Part shown: piece after piece, positions 51,823-64,000 of the stretch
How positions within the stretch are numbered: position 1 is the first letter of the stretch
Layout of the letters: each line of letters opens with the position of its first letter
DNA from: Schmidtea polychroa
Lineage: Eukaryota
Length of the DNA: 64,000 nt
Direction: 5' to 3'
Assembly (NCBI GenBank): GCA_044892525.1
Contig: CM097885.1
Location: 39,062,001 to 39,126,000, forward strand
Notes under the pieces: model-generated
What the model saw: only the letters and a program-made list of their open reading frames with translations
Database searches by the model: none
What the model was told of the DNA's origin: nothing
Translations under genes and position numbers: made by a program

Positions 51823-52805
51823 ATGAATTATTATTTAAGTATCCTCAACAAATTCAAAGATGAATTAGAGGTGATGGAGAGCTACATGAGAATATGCAAA
51901 AAGCAACCAATAAGATGTCCATTGAATAGAATTGGATGCGAAATGAAGGAATTAGAGAAGGATAAAATGAAAGTTCATCTCAATGAGAACAATGAATTCC
52001 ATAGCAAATTACTGATTGATGAGATGCAAGAAATGAGATATGAGAATATGAAATCGAGTAACCAAATTAATAATATCAATGTAAAATTTTATTTGTAATT
52101 AATTTAATTGATATTTGTGATTGGAGGTGAAATTGTGCAATATTGAAAAGAAATAGGCGGAGAATAGAAGGGAAATAGAAGAATTGAATGAGGAAATGGT
52201 GACAGTGAAGAATGAAAATAGCTCATTGAGGAAGGAGATGGAGACAAATATTAGATCAATCAATCAAGTTTGATTATTGATTTGATTTGTTATTGATTTT
52301 TTATTGATGCAAAGCAGATCAGACAACAAATTGAGGTGATTGAATCAAAATGTCAACAGAAAATTGATGAGATGAAAGACAAATGCGAGCAGCGGTTGCA
52401 ACGGGAGAATGAAAAGGTGATTTATTGAATTTTTTAATTCAGTTGCAGATGGAAAAGGCGAAATGGGCTAATGAAATTCGGCAGTTTGAAACAAAATTAG
52501 GAAATGAAAAATATATAAATTACGGATTTTTTGAGTGGCAAATCGATAAATTTTCAGATCAAAGGAGAAATAATAATATTTACAGCGAGGCATTTTATTC
52601 CGGGCCAACCGGTTACAAAATGTGCTTGAAGGTGTGGATTGAAGGTTTTTGGGGTATTAATAATGCAATTGATGTTGGTTTCTGTTTGATGCGTGGGGTA
52701 AATGATGAGCAATTGGATTGGCCGTTCAAACAATCGGTGACAATCGATATGATCGATCCAGCAAATGGCAACATTTATAAGAGCAAGTCTATGAAATGTT
52801 CAGAT
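51823..52805 (+). pseudogene. TRAF-like gene (zinc finger, coiled coil, MATH domain), truncated
   Basis: CPLNRIGC..HL..H; exons ~51840-52080, 52127-52267 (in-frame TAG 52154-52156), 52318-52416, ~52443-52805; MATH motifs FEWQIDKFS, YSEAFYSGPTGYKMCL, LMRGVNDEQLDWPF; cut off before the last MATH strands. Confidence 0.85.
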
Positions 52806-53836
52806 TTTTTTTGTGTGGTTTGCCAGAGTTTTTCTCAATGTCCAAGATTTATGTGCTATTTGAATTGGAAGACCGGTACGTTTAAGTTCTTTCAGGATCT
52901 TGAAGTCGAGTATGTCACTGATGAATGGGATATTAAGATAGAAATATTTCTGATTCTTTTGTGTTAATTCCCTAGATCTTTTTGGGGTAGAATTCATTCT
53001 TTCAATGTCCTCACTTTGATATCCGTTTCTGTGTAGGACTCCATTGAAATTCGATTGTTGTTTAAAGTTTTCGTTTTCTTCAGTGCATCGATTGGCTATT
53101 CTTCGTTTCTCGTTTCTTATGACATGTACTTTCTGTAAGTATGGAAGCGCTGATCTTTGGTGGATAAATATTTCTTTGCGAGCTGGTTTTCTGTACGTTG
53201 GAGTATTTGTTTCTATTTTAATTCTCAACTCCAATAAATTGAGGGATCCATCTTCTTCCGGATATTCGGTTTCGAACTTAATATCTCGGTGAGCTGCATT
53301 GAATGAATGAAATATTTCCTCCGCTTCTTTTCTGCTTCTAGTCGTGATGTAGATAGCATCTACATATCTTGCATAGAAACCGATGATATGTATGGTCCTC
53401 AGTATCTGTGGTTTGAGGTTATCCATAAAGATGATTGCTACCACTCCTGATATGCTAGAACTTATGGGCAGACCTTTAACTTGTTTAAAGATATTCAGCT
53501 CAAAGGTAAAATAGGTTTTCTCGAGGATAACAGTAAGACGTTTGGTGATATTCTCGGTATTCATTTCCTTTATTAACAAGTTGCTTTCTCTTAATTTCTT
53601 TTCTAAACATTGAATAGCATCTTTTGGTTCGATAGATGTGCATAGTGATACGACATCAAGAAGTGAATGGGTATTTGAATTCTCTCTGAGAAGTTATGTT
53701 ATTATTTAATCTTGTCGTGAGGCAGTCGCTGCTTTGAAGGTGGTGTGGTATCGTGTCCAATAAAGATTTCAAGATCTTTGCAAGGAGCCAACTTGTTTTA
53801 TTTGTTGGTCCATTTGTGTTGGACACTATAGGTCTA
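52803..53836 (-). mobile_element. Penelope-like reverse transcriptase fragment
   Basis: RPIVSNTNGPT, LDVVSLCTSI, FKQVKGLPISSSIS, YARYVDAI, IKFETE, YRKP; 5' edge abuts the (TAT)n tract. Confidence 0.9.
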
Positions 53837-53979
<143 letters not shown>

Positions 53980-54706
53980 GTAGGTAATTTAAATTATATA
54001 TCCTCATCCCTATATTCCCCCCGATTCTCTATTTTCCATTAATTAATCACTAATATCCCCCACATTTTCTACTAATTAATCACTTATATCCTCCCGATTT
54101 TGATTAATTATTCACTTAAAACATCCCCACAAATATTTCTTTTAAAAGCTTTTTTATTAAAGTAATAATTTTTATAAAATAGTTGCAATACATCCATTCT
54201 TATCAACCTTCATCTTATCTATGTCGCTTCTCAGTATTTACCTCCCATGATCCATTAATGAATTATTCTACCAATTATTTTCACCCATTTGAATTTATTA
54301 ATTTATCATCGAGTAATGAATAATTGCCTCACTTTAATGAAGATTCTTACCACCTGAGAATAATATTGCTAATTTTATCAAAGTTTAAAGAATATTTCTC
54401 TTTTCATTTTTATCCTACAATTGCTTACCACTTTAGAATAAGATTTTTTATCACAATTTATGATCATTTGACTAATTCAATGATAAATTTGAATGAGTTA
54501 ATTCGTTTTATTATATATATACATATATATACTCTGAGTTTATCCGACAGGATGTTTTGTCCTCCTAAGGGGATTGGTCATAAGGGTAGTACTCACATTT
54601 AACATGTCGCAAAGGTACTGATCATAAAGGTACTGTTATTTGATTTTAATGCTTTTATTTGAATGATTATTTAGGCAAATTTGTCGTTTAAGGTATTCAT
54701 TGGTAA

Positions 54707-56415
54707 CAGCCCCGTACCGTGACACCTTTTGACGGGGGGCCAGACTTGCGTTTGGGGGGGGGCCAGTAATTCTCGTGTAAACTAAGTATTTTATGAAAAC
54801 AGACTAGTCACTACTCACACTTTGCACTCCGAAATGTTCAATTTAAAAAAAAGGAAAGCAAAATCGACATTTTGTCTGAGCATTATTTTGCTACATTATT
54901 GCATATACTAGTATATAGTAAATGATTTTCGCACATTTTTTAGGAACAAACACAAAAAACAAATAGTTGCATGTATTTGCACGACGGACAATTGGACATA
55001 CAAAGACAGCACACACAGTCACACAGATTTGAAAACTAAAGGTGAGTGCAATAGAAATTACACAGGAACTAGATCCAGAAAAAAGAAATTACGTGTGTGA
55101 GATATCGACATGACTCAAAATAGCTGCAGTCGACGATTTTTCATTTCATGAAACCGCCGAAGAAACTCATCAGATTTGATGTTATTACTGATGTCACTTT
55201 CAAATGAGAGCAATACAAGGTTGGCTTTACGAGAATGGCTCATCGACGTACGAAAGGGAGTTAAGACACGAGATAAAGTACTGAAAGTCGCCTCACATGT
55301 GGCAGTTGAAGCACCGATTGTCAGTGCAGAAGCTGCAAGACGATAGACAGATGGAAAAGCATCTCGGTATGAGTACAGTTCTTGCACTAACTGATGAACG
55401 TTTGTCACAGTACTGGCTCTCTTCAATAGGAAAACCTTTGCAGTTTCAAATTCATGTTGGGTTTCGCTTAGGTCCACGCCACACAGTGTCGCTAAAGTCT
55501 TTAGATCCTCAATATTCAAAAAGTTTGCGTGATCAGTCTTGAAACATGCAAGAGACTTATAAAGGCTTCTGTTGGTGACACCGAAGCGTTTTGTTAGTTC
55601 CTGCAGAGTCCTATCAACGACTTCGTAATACATCTGGCGATATGCGCATCTGATAGGCAAGGCCTGGTGTTCTGGCTGTCCCACAGATCCGAACACAATG
55701 AAGTTGTCTAATTTTGAGTTCATCTGAGTTCTTCTTCTTTTTGGTGTCTGTTCCATATCCATTTGACCTTCGAATTTCCCAAAAAGAACTTGGAATTCCT
55801 CTTCATTGCGTAGGCTGCGAATGCGCTCTATGACGGCATCCATAACATCACATGCTGAAGAAAGGTCCATTGCTTGACCCTGCAAGCTATTGTTGGCTGT
55901 TTCAAGGATAGTCAGTAATGAGAGCACCATGTGTGCAATGAACTGAAACTCCACTTCATTGACTCGATGCAAGAGTCCAGTAGCTTCCAATTGAATATCA
56001 ATTGAAAAGTGAGAATGTCTACTAGAACACATCTCAAGCAAATTCACAATTGTATCATAATTAGTTGTTATTGCCTGAGTCGTCTGCAAGTGTCCTGTCC
56101 AACGATGTACCATGAGCCGTGTCAATTTATCGCCTTGATATATGGCCGCAACCTACCCACGCCACCGACTTCACATGCCAGTCTCTTCCAGTGAGGCAGA
56201 TAGATGGAACATCCTACCCCCGTCCACACTACATAAACCTCTACATGTGCAACTCATGCACACCCATGTCAATGCATGTGTGCACGATAGCAATTTTTCT
56301 TTTATCAAACATATTGAATGTAATTTTTTATTCATGTCCGTTTTTTTATTTGGGGGGGCCAGACTTGCGTTTGGAGGGGCCGGGCCCTCCTGGGCCCCCC
56401 GACGGTACGGGCCTG
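54707..56415 (-). mobile_element. hAT transposon, internally deleted, 1709 bp, 8-bp TSD ATTGGTAA
   Basis: TIRs CAG(C/G)CCCGTACCGT; ATTGGTAA at 54699-54706 and 56416-56423; subterminal GGGGGCCAGACTTGCGTTTGG at both ends. Confidence 0.95.
55115..56125 (-). pseudogene. hAT transposase C-terminal 336 aa (N-terminal half missing)
   Basis: HRWTGH, N.SLQG, FPSVYRL...ALTIGASTATCEATFSTL.R...R.SM...R..NL. Confidence 0.9.
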
Positions 56416-59400
56416 ATTGGTAATTTTTAGAGTTGATGGTTTTAGTAAATATCTATCATTTTTCTGAATTTGTATCATTTTGGTGAATTTTTATCATTTT
56501 CGTGAATTTCCGTATTTTTTTGTGAATATCTGTAATTTTTGTGAATTTCTATTATTTTTGCAAATTTCATGTTTATTGAATGAATATTTGATAATTTAAA
56601 GTTTTAATGTTAATTCTAAGGTAAATTTAATTAATTTCTTGATAATTGGATGTATTTTTATTGACTTGTTTTTTTAATTTTAAATAAAAATTATTTTGAT
56701 GAGGATATTGAATAATTTTTTAAGAATTTCATGTTTACTGAAAGAATATTTTAAAATTTAAGGTTTTAATGGTGATACATTTAATTAATTTCTTGATAAT
56801 TAGTTGTATTTTATTGAATAGTTTTTAAATTTTAAATAAAAATTAATTTTATTGACAATTAGGTTAATAATTAAGTGATAGAATAAATTTTTGATGATAA
56901 CTTTGTAATGTATTTGAATTTGACTAAATAATTTTTTCAATAATTTTCTAAGAATATTTCCATTTATGCACTTTAAAAAACATAAGCTAAGAAACCAGTT
57001 AACTTTATCAAGGACTTTAAATTTACTAGATAATTATTGTAAGATACTGAAATTTAGTTTGCTGTTATTGCTTGAAAATGATTGGCTGAATCGATGAAGA
57101 ATTATGATCAATCAATATATATCATCTCTAGTTAGGTATTTGATGGGTGAAATATTTGTAGGAAATAATGAGTTTATTATATCTTTGTTACATAAGTCGA
57201 CTTTAGCGTCAAAATGAGTTTTTAAAATATATTTAAATTTTAAAATACCGCAACGTAATATTTTTTTCCCTACACTTCATTGTTTTTGATTGCTTAGTGG
57301 GCTCTTATTATTTAGTTTCTAAATTATTTCAATGGAAGAATGTCTAGTGTCTATAACAGTTAATGAAAAGTCATATTTTTGAAGAATTCTCTCTAAGAAT
57401 TTTAAGACTTAATTGAATTAAAGGGGATATGACCTAAGTGGGTAGAATTGAAGGATATAGTCGGTTAGATGTTTAAAAGGGTAGAAATATTTGGTGAGAG
57501 ATCGGTTAAGATGGAAATATATGATTTTTGATTGGGGATAAAGTCGGTTTGATTTAATGAGGGAATGGTTTCGATGGGAATCTTTTGAATATTTAAATGG
57601 GTAATGTTGGTAAAATATCAATATTTTGAGGGAAATTGCAATACATTAGTCAGTTATGAATCAATAATAATGCGAAATTATATCGTTTTATTAGGTTGTG
57701 ATTAATGCACAGTAAATTAATTTAGATTTATGGTTTAGAACCATGTTTTATTAAATTTTCTATTAATTATCCAGGGTTTTATTACGTGGTGTTAATGACT
57801 GATTTACTTGGTTTTGACAATGAAATCTTTACAGATAATAGAGATTGACATTTTTTCTTTATTTAGACGGAGAATGACAAAAGTTGAGAAATATTGACTT
57901 AAAACATTGACTAGAGAAAATTCATCTTTATTGAAAGAAATTTATCGGGTGATTTTAATTAGTAATTAAATCGGTTAAATATCGGTATAATATGACCATT
58001 TGAAGAATATAGAGATTATATTGAATAGATAAATTAAATTTTTCAATGGGACCTAGTCAGTTATATTGTACTCATATTTATTTAAAATTTCGAGTACAGT
58101 GATTTACATTTAGAACAAAAATTTAATTATAACTGGTATTGAAATATGTGTGATAATAGGAATTAAAGATATAATTATAGTCATTTAAAGGGATTTTAAG
58201 GAATCTTATTAGTCTGAGGGAAATATATATCCTTTTAAGTATAATTATCGATAAAATACTAATCTTTAAAGTTAGAGTTATTTCAGAGAAATTTGATGAT
58301 TTTTAGATGATTTTAGTGAAATATTTGTAATAATATGAATTAAGGGTTGAAATATAGTCATTTAAGAGATTTTAAGGAATCTTATTAGTTTGAGGTGAAT
58401 ATATGATCTTTAACAAGTATTTATCATTAAAATACCAATCTTTAAATATTGATATATTTAGGGGAAAATGATTCTTTTTAGATGATTTTATTGGAGAATT
58501 CACTTGGATATACCAATTATTGTCATTTAAATGAATTTACTGGTTTATTAGATGTTATCATTAGTTATCTAGTCTCTTTCTGGAGTTTAATGATAATTAT
58601 TTTTATTGTAGATTGCTGACTTTGATAATTGTAATGAATTTATACTGATTTTTGAATATATTGAGCAATCAGTCAATCAATTTGAGTACATGTATTACTT
58701 TTAAAAAAAATAATTAAAATTAATTTTATTTCAATTAATTTATTCAATCTAAATCACTTATCTACTAAATCTTATTTCAAAATTTTTATTAATTTATTAT
58801 CTTAGTTGATTCATATTAAATTGATTGATCAATATTTTTATATTTACTGGATGATTAATGATTAGAATTCTTTCTTGTCCATTAATTACATTTTTATGAC
58901 ATTTATTTTGAAAATTTTAAATTTTTACAATTATTTAATCAATTTTTACCAAGTTATTGATGCCTTGAGTTCAATTAATTTTTCATCCAATTTTTCAAGT
59001 GATGGGTATTTTCGTTTAAAGATCAATTTGTTAGTACATAGTTGTTGGTTGTAAGTACTTGGTATCTGGTTGACTTTTTAGATTTTGATAAAAAGAGTGT
59101 ATGTGATGAAGAATATTTTGTATTTAATTGCTATTATTTTTATGTGTTGTTAGTTTATTGTTGGTACTTGGTTTCTAATTGTAAGTACTTGGTAGCAGGT
59201 ATCTGGTTATAAGTATCTAGTTGTAGGTTGATATTTGTTAATTTCTCGATGTGTTTTGATGGTGCTTGTTAGTATCTAGTTAATGGTTAAGTAAGGGTTG
59301 AGTGTTATCAATACCCTTACGACCAGTGTCTTTACGATTAATACCATTACGACCAGTACCTTTATGATCCTTAGGGAGTCAAAACATCCTGTCGGATAAA

Positions 59401-59847
59401 CTCAGAGTATATATAATAAAACTGATCAACAATAAGTATTTATTGAATGCGATTTTTACTTTGCAATAATAAGTCAGTAGTAATCAATTAAAAGAAGAAT
59501 CTTTTGTGAATTAGAATCCTATAGACTTTCATTGCAATTTAAATTATCCTCAATTCCACCTAGTGATGAGTTGACAATTATTTAATTTTGATGAAAATTA
59601 TCATTTTTGTTAAATTTAGACATTTTGAAAAGGTTTTCCTACTGATTGTAATTAAACATATTTTTGAAGACAGATAAAAAATTAATTTAAAAAGCATTTC
59701 ATAAAATACAATGAAGAATATTTAGTAAGTTTTTGTAGGTATCTAGTTGTTTGAGAGTTAGTAAGTACATGGTATCATGTTGTAAGTATTTGAAACTTAT
59801 TTGTTAGCACATAGTGAAAAATATTTACTATCTGGTTGTTGGTAACT

Positions 59848-59856
59848 CATTGTTGA

Positions 59857-59907
<51 letters not shown>

Positions 59908-59970
59908 ATTATTATTATTATTATTATTATTATCATTATTATTATTGTTATTTTTATTATAATTATTATT
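59848..59970. repeat. (TTA)n microsatellite
   Basis: Direct reading. Confidence 0.95.
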
Positions 59971-60201
59971 AGTATATATTCCATTGAAATTTTCATTTGA
60001 CTTTGAAAAATATTTCATTGAAATTTGTATTTAAAATTATCTTAAAAAAATAAGTTCTCTATAGTCTGAAAAAAGAATTTTGTACTAAAAATCCCTGAAA
60101 GCAAAAAATGTGAGTTGGAACAATTGCGTAATCAAAAAAGCAAAAAAAACGAGTTGGGAACAATTTATAGGTTAGGGTTAGGGTTAGGGCTACTAACTAC
60201 G

Positions 60202-60478
<277 letters not shown>

Positions 60479-62079
60479 TGTTGGGCTAGAACTGATTTCT
60501 GAACCCAAAGTTAGGAATGGGACGAAATGTGTCAGTACACAACACGCATACCCAGCATTAAGTTTACTTAAATAAAAATATATAAAACACCAAGTAAACA
60601 ATGATAATAGAGAGATAATATACCCAAAAATATAACATCTGAATTAAAAATAAAATAAAACACGAGCAAGAACTATTACACGACAACTTACTCAAATATA
60701 ACCGAAAGACATAAAACAACAAAAAACAAATTCGAATAAAGGCGATTAGTAAAAATTAAAAAAGAAAATTAAAGAAAATCTTCATAAAATCTTACGTAAA
60801 GGAAATTATATCGAGATTTTGAATAAAAATTCAGAACAATTCATAAAAATGGCGAAATCCATCATGACCGCCAAACGACCCAATAATATTTATAAAAAAT
60901 AAATATTTTAGTTTGAAAAATAAAAAGTTTAGAAAAGAAATCATAAAAAACAATTTAAAAATAAGAAATAGATTAAATTTAGCATGGAATGTTCTGGAAA
61001 TGCTGAAATCCATCATGGAGGCAAATTTAATAAAAAATAATTCCAAAACAAAATTCCAAAAATAAAAACAAAAATTCTTACTGAAAAATCGTCATCAAAA
61101 TCGATAAAAATTAAAAATCGAATGTTTGAGAATTAAAATAATCCGAATTTGTTTTACTGCATCAATGCACGCATCTATACTTACACGTCAAACAGAGGCT
61201 ATATAAACTAACACATTTCGTCACTTTTCAAGGAAAAAATGCAAATGAATATTTTTACTCTTATGCCAAATTTTTCGTTTTGATTTTTCTGAGATTGTAG
61301 GTAAGGACGATTTCATTGTGAATTATAAATTATTATTATTGAAACCTTGTTTTCATTATTTCTTTTTAACTATAGAAATGTAGGTTTGAGTGAGATCGTC
61401 GGTTATCATTGATTTTGAAGCGAGATCCCAGCTAATCCTGCACCTATGCACTTTATCATCGATAAGTACACAACCCACAATGATTGCAGGCCACTGTCTG
61501 GCACGCACTTATCAATATTATTGGCTATTTTTTGTTCAGGTCATTCGGAGGTCGCACCACTTCATGGTTCTGCCATGGAGTTAAGTCGATGAAATCCTCC
61601 GTCTGACTCTACCTATTTATTATAGGTCAGCCGTAAAAGGTTGACTTAACACACAACAGTAAGGTTTGTCGTAGTGGTCACAGTGGGGCCGCGAAAGCAA
61701 ACACTCTTCCCGACTTTCAATACATGAATAACTTACATAGTTAAAATCTACATCCAAAATCATCACAATACAATACACTAAGGTTAATAAACAGAGTAGA
61801 TCTCAGACCTAAATTAATCACAACTCTACAATTCACAATTAATGTAGACGGTTAAATATCATCAAGAACCAACTCAACCTATACGTTTGTCGAATCTAGA
61901 TTTATAAATGTCTTAAATAAATTTTCTAGTAATAGTGTAAAGTAAAGATTTTTTAAAAATGATTGATTTAGTAGAGATATTATTCATAAAGGTGTTCGAC
62001 ATGCGTATCAGCAAGACTTGGATTTTAAATTGAATAGACTCTAAACTAACTATAAAAATACAAATCGTAAACCCATAAA

Positions 62080-62770
62080 AGTATAAATTATCCTCTCAAT
62101 TTCATAAAAATGTGAATTATACTTATAGATTTGATTTCTTCAAAATATAAATTATGATAAATTATAAAGGTATAAAGGTATAAATTATAAATTTAATTTC
62201 TTGAAATTATAAATTACAAATTTATATTGACGATAAAAATTATAAATTATAACTCTTAGTTAATTATAAAAGTATAAATTATAATCTTAACTTCATGAAA
62301 ATATAAATTATAAAATTATATTAGCTTTAAAATACAAACTATAAATTTAACTTAACTTCATAAAATATAAATTATAAACTTAAAAGTATAAATTATAAAA
62401 TTATATTAGCTTTAGAAATCTAAACTATAAATTTAACTTCATAAAAATATAAATTATAAAACTATATTAGCTTTAGAAATATAAACTATAAATTTAACTT
62501 CATAAAAATATAAATTATAAAATTATATTAGCTTTAAAATATAAACTATAAATTTAACTTAACTTCATAAAATATAAATTATAAACTCAAAGGTATAAAT
62601 TATAAAATTATATTAGCTTTAAAAACATAAACTATAAATTTAATTTCATAAAAATATAAATTATAAACTTATATTAGCTGAAAGACTATAAATTATAATC
62701 TTAATTTGGTCATAAAAGTATAAAATATAAACTATGTTAGCGATAAAAATATAATCTATAATAAGTTGTA
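62080..62770. repeat. AT-rich minisatellite, ~60-bp unit
   Basis: ATAAATTATAAAATTATATTAGCTTTA..AAACTATAAATTTAACTTCATAAA repeated. Confidence 0.9.
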
Positions 62771-63294
62771 AATATTTTATAAAATACCCCCCAAGTTACG
62801 TAATCGTTGAAACAAATGTCCAGATTCATAATCTAACTTATGTACGTATATATGAAACTTATAAAGTATAATTTACATTTTTTCATAAGTAACCTCCTCA
62901 AACTATACATTTGTCGAGGACAATATATATAGTAATAAATTAACTTATATATGTACAGTTATCAAACTTAATAATTCCTCAGGTCAACTAACCATTAATT
63001 ATTGTCTAAATACATTAATACATTACCTTTACGATATAAATTTGGAAAATTTTGATAAATGACCCCCCTTAATTCATGTAACCATCAACCACTACCTGAT
63101 ACACTCAGTTAGACTATTTAATATATATCCTTAACTTAGATTACCTATAAAATTATAGTTGAAAATTTTTCATCGAGGACCCTCCACAAACCATAAAGTC
63201 ATCAACTACCACCTAAATATATTAAATTAGCTTATTTTAATACATATTTAACTTATATTATATTTAAAAATGTAAATTGTAAATTTTTATGAAT

Positions 63295-64000
63295 AGTAGT
63301 AGGATGTGAGCTCCCCAGACCATGTCCCCTCCAGATCACATATACCCCCTCCCCCCCCCCCCCGGGAAAAAATTTTATTTTTTTTTTAGAACGATGCCTA
63401 ATATTTTTAGAACTATTACGTAATCAATGCCTAATATTTTTAGAACGATGCCTAATATTTTTAGAACTATTACGTAATTTTTTTTAAATTAAGTGATCCA
63501 GCGGGGACCTACTTTTTTTCTTCCCAAAAGTAATGTTCCCGCCAACAAATTTTATTAACCGATACCTCATCTTCAAGCTCAGTCCAAGACCTTTCGAATG
63601 AGCTATAGGTATCTTATATATCTTTAATAGTTTTAATGTTATTAACAATTGATGACCACCATCTTTTCAACGTTAAATTATTATTATTTTTCAAAATATT
63701 ATTAAGTGATCCAGCGGGGACCTACTTTTTTTCATCCCAAAAATTATTGTTCCCGCCAACATATTATATTGATCGATAGCTTATTTTAAAGCTCTGTGCA
63801 AGAACTTTCTAATGAGATATAGATTTTTATCATACGATGACTCATCACATTTTTAGAACAAAGACAATGACTCATCACATTTTTAGAATGATGTCTAATA
63901 TTTTAGAATGATGCCAAATATTTTTAGAACGATGTCTATTATTTTTAGAACGATGCCTAATATTTTAGAATGATGCCTAATATTTTTAGAACGATTACGT
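63295..64000 (+). mobile_element. Left terminus (TIR) of a second Polinton/Maverick, continuing beyond the window
   Basis: AGTAGTAGGATGTGAG start, C-tract, TTTTTAGAACGATGCCT arrays; collinear with the reverse complement of 7560-8236 but diverged; preceding 6-mer ATGAAT is the candidate TSD. Confidence 0.92.

Larger units (their letters stand above)
54532..59407. mobile_element. Non-coding TIR element flanked by TA, hosting the nested hAT
   Basis: TA|CTCTGAGTTTATCCGACAGGATGTTTTG ... CAAAACATCCTGTCGGATAAACTCAGAG|TA; internal AT-rich direct repeats (56560/56725 and 58130/58330). Confidence 0.8.

Noticed and set aside
55297..56430. Plus-strand ORFs overlapping the hAT
   Set aside because: Antisense or terminal shadows of GC-richer transposon DNA, with no domain signal
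60479..61330. Another solo LTR starting TGTTGGG
   Set aside because: No matching ...CAACA end or TSD could be located

Overview
AT-rich animal nuclear DNA (standard code, GT-AG introns of either 43-50 nt or several kb, long (AAT)n/(TA)n tracts; planarian-like, but the taxon cannot be proven from the sequence). One intact host gene is present: an 8-exon short/branched-chain acyl-CoA dehydrogenase (ACADSB, 21176-45138, 414 aa). There is also a TRAF/MATH pseudogene. The rest is mostly transposon-derived. A decaying Polinton/Maverick right half (capsid, adenain protease, protein-primed PolB, TIR) ends at 8236, a sister Polinton left end starts at 63295, and two more Polinton-like termini lie between them. 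Other elements are Gypsy-type LTRs, hAT, pogo/Tigger, Tc1, Merlin and piggyBac relics, and Penelope-like elements carrying minimal hammerhead ribozymes with a covarying stem II. The least explained feature is an antisense cassette in ACADSB intron 7: intronless ORF relics with shared leader repeats, including a cold-shock domain abutting an internally deleted actin. All homology calls are motif recognition by eye; no searches were run, and identity/GC values are visual estimates.
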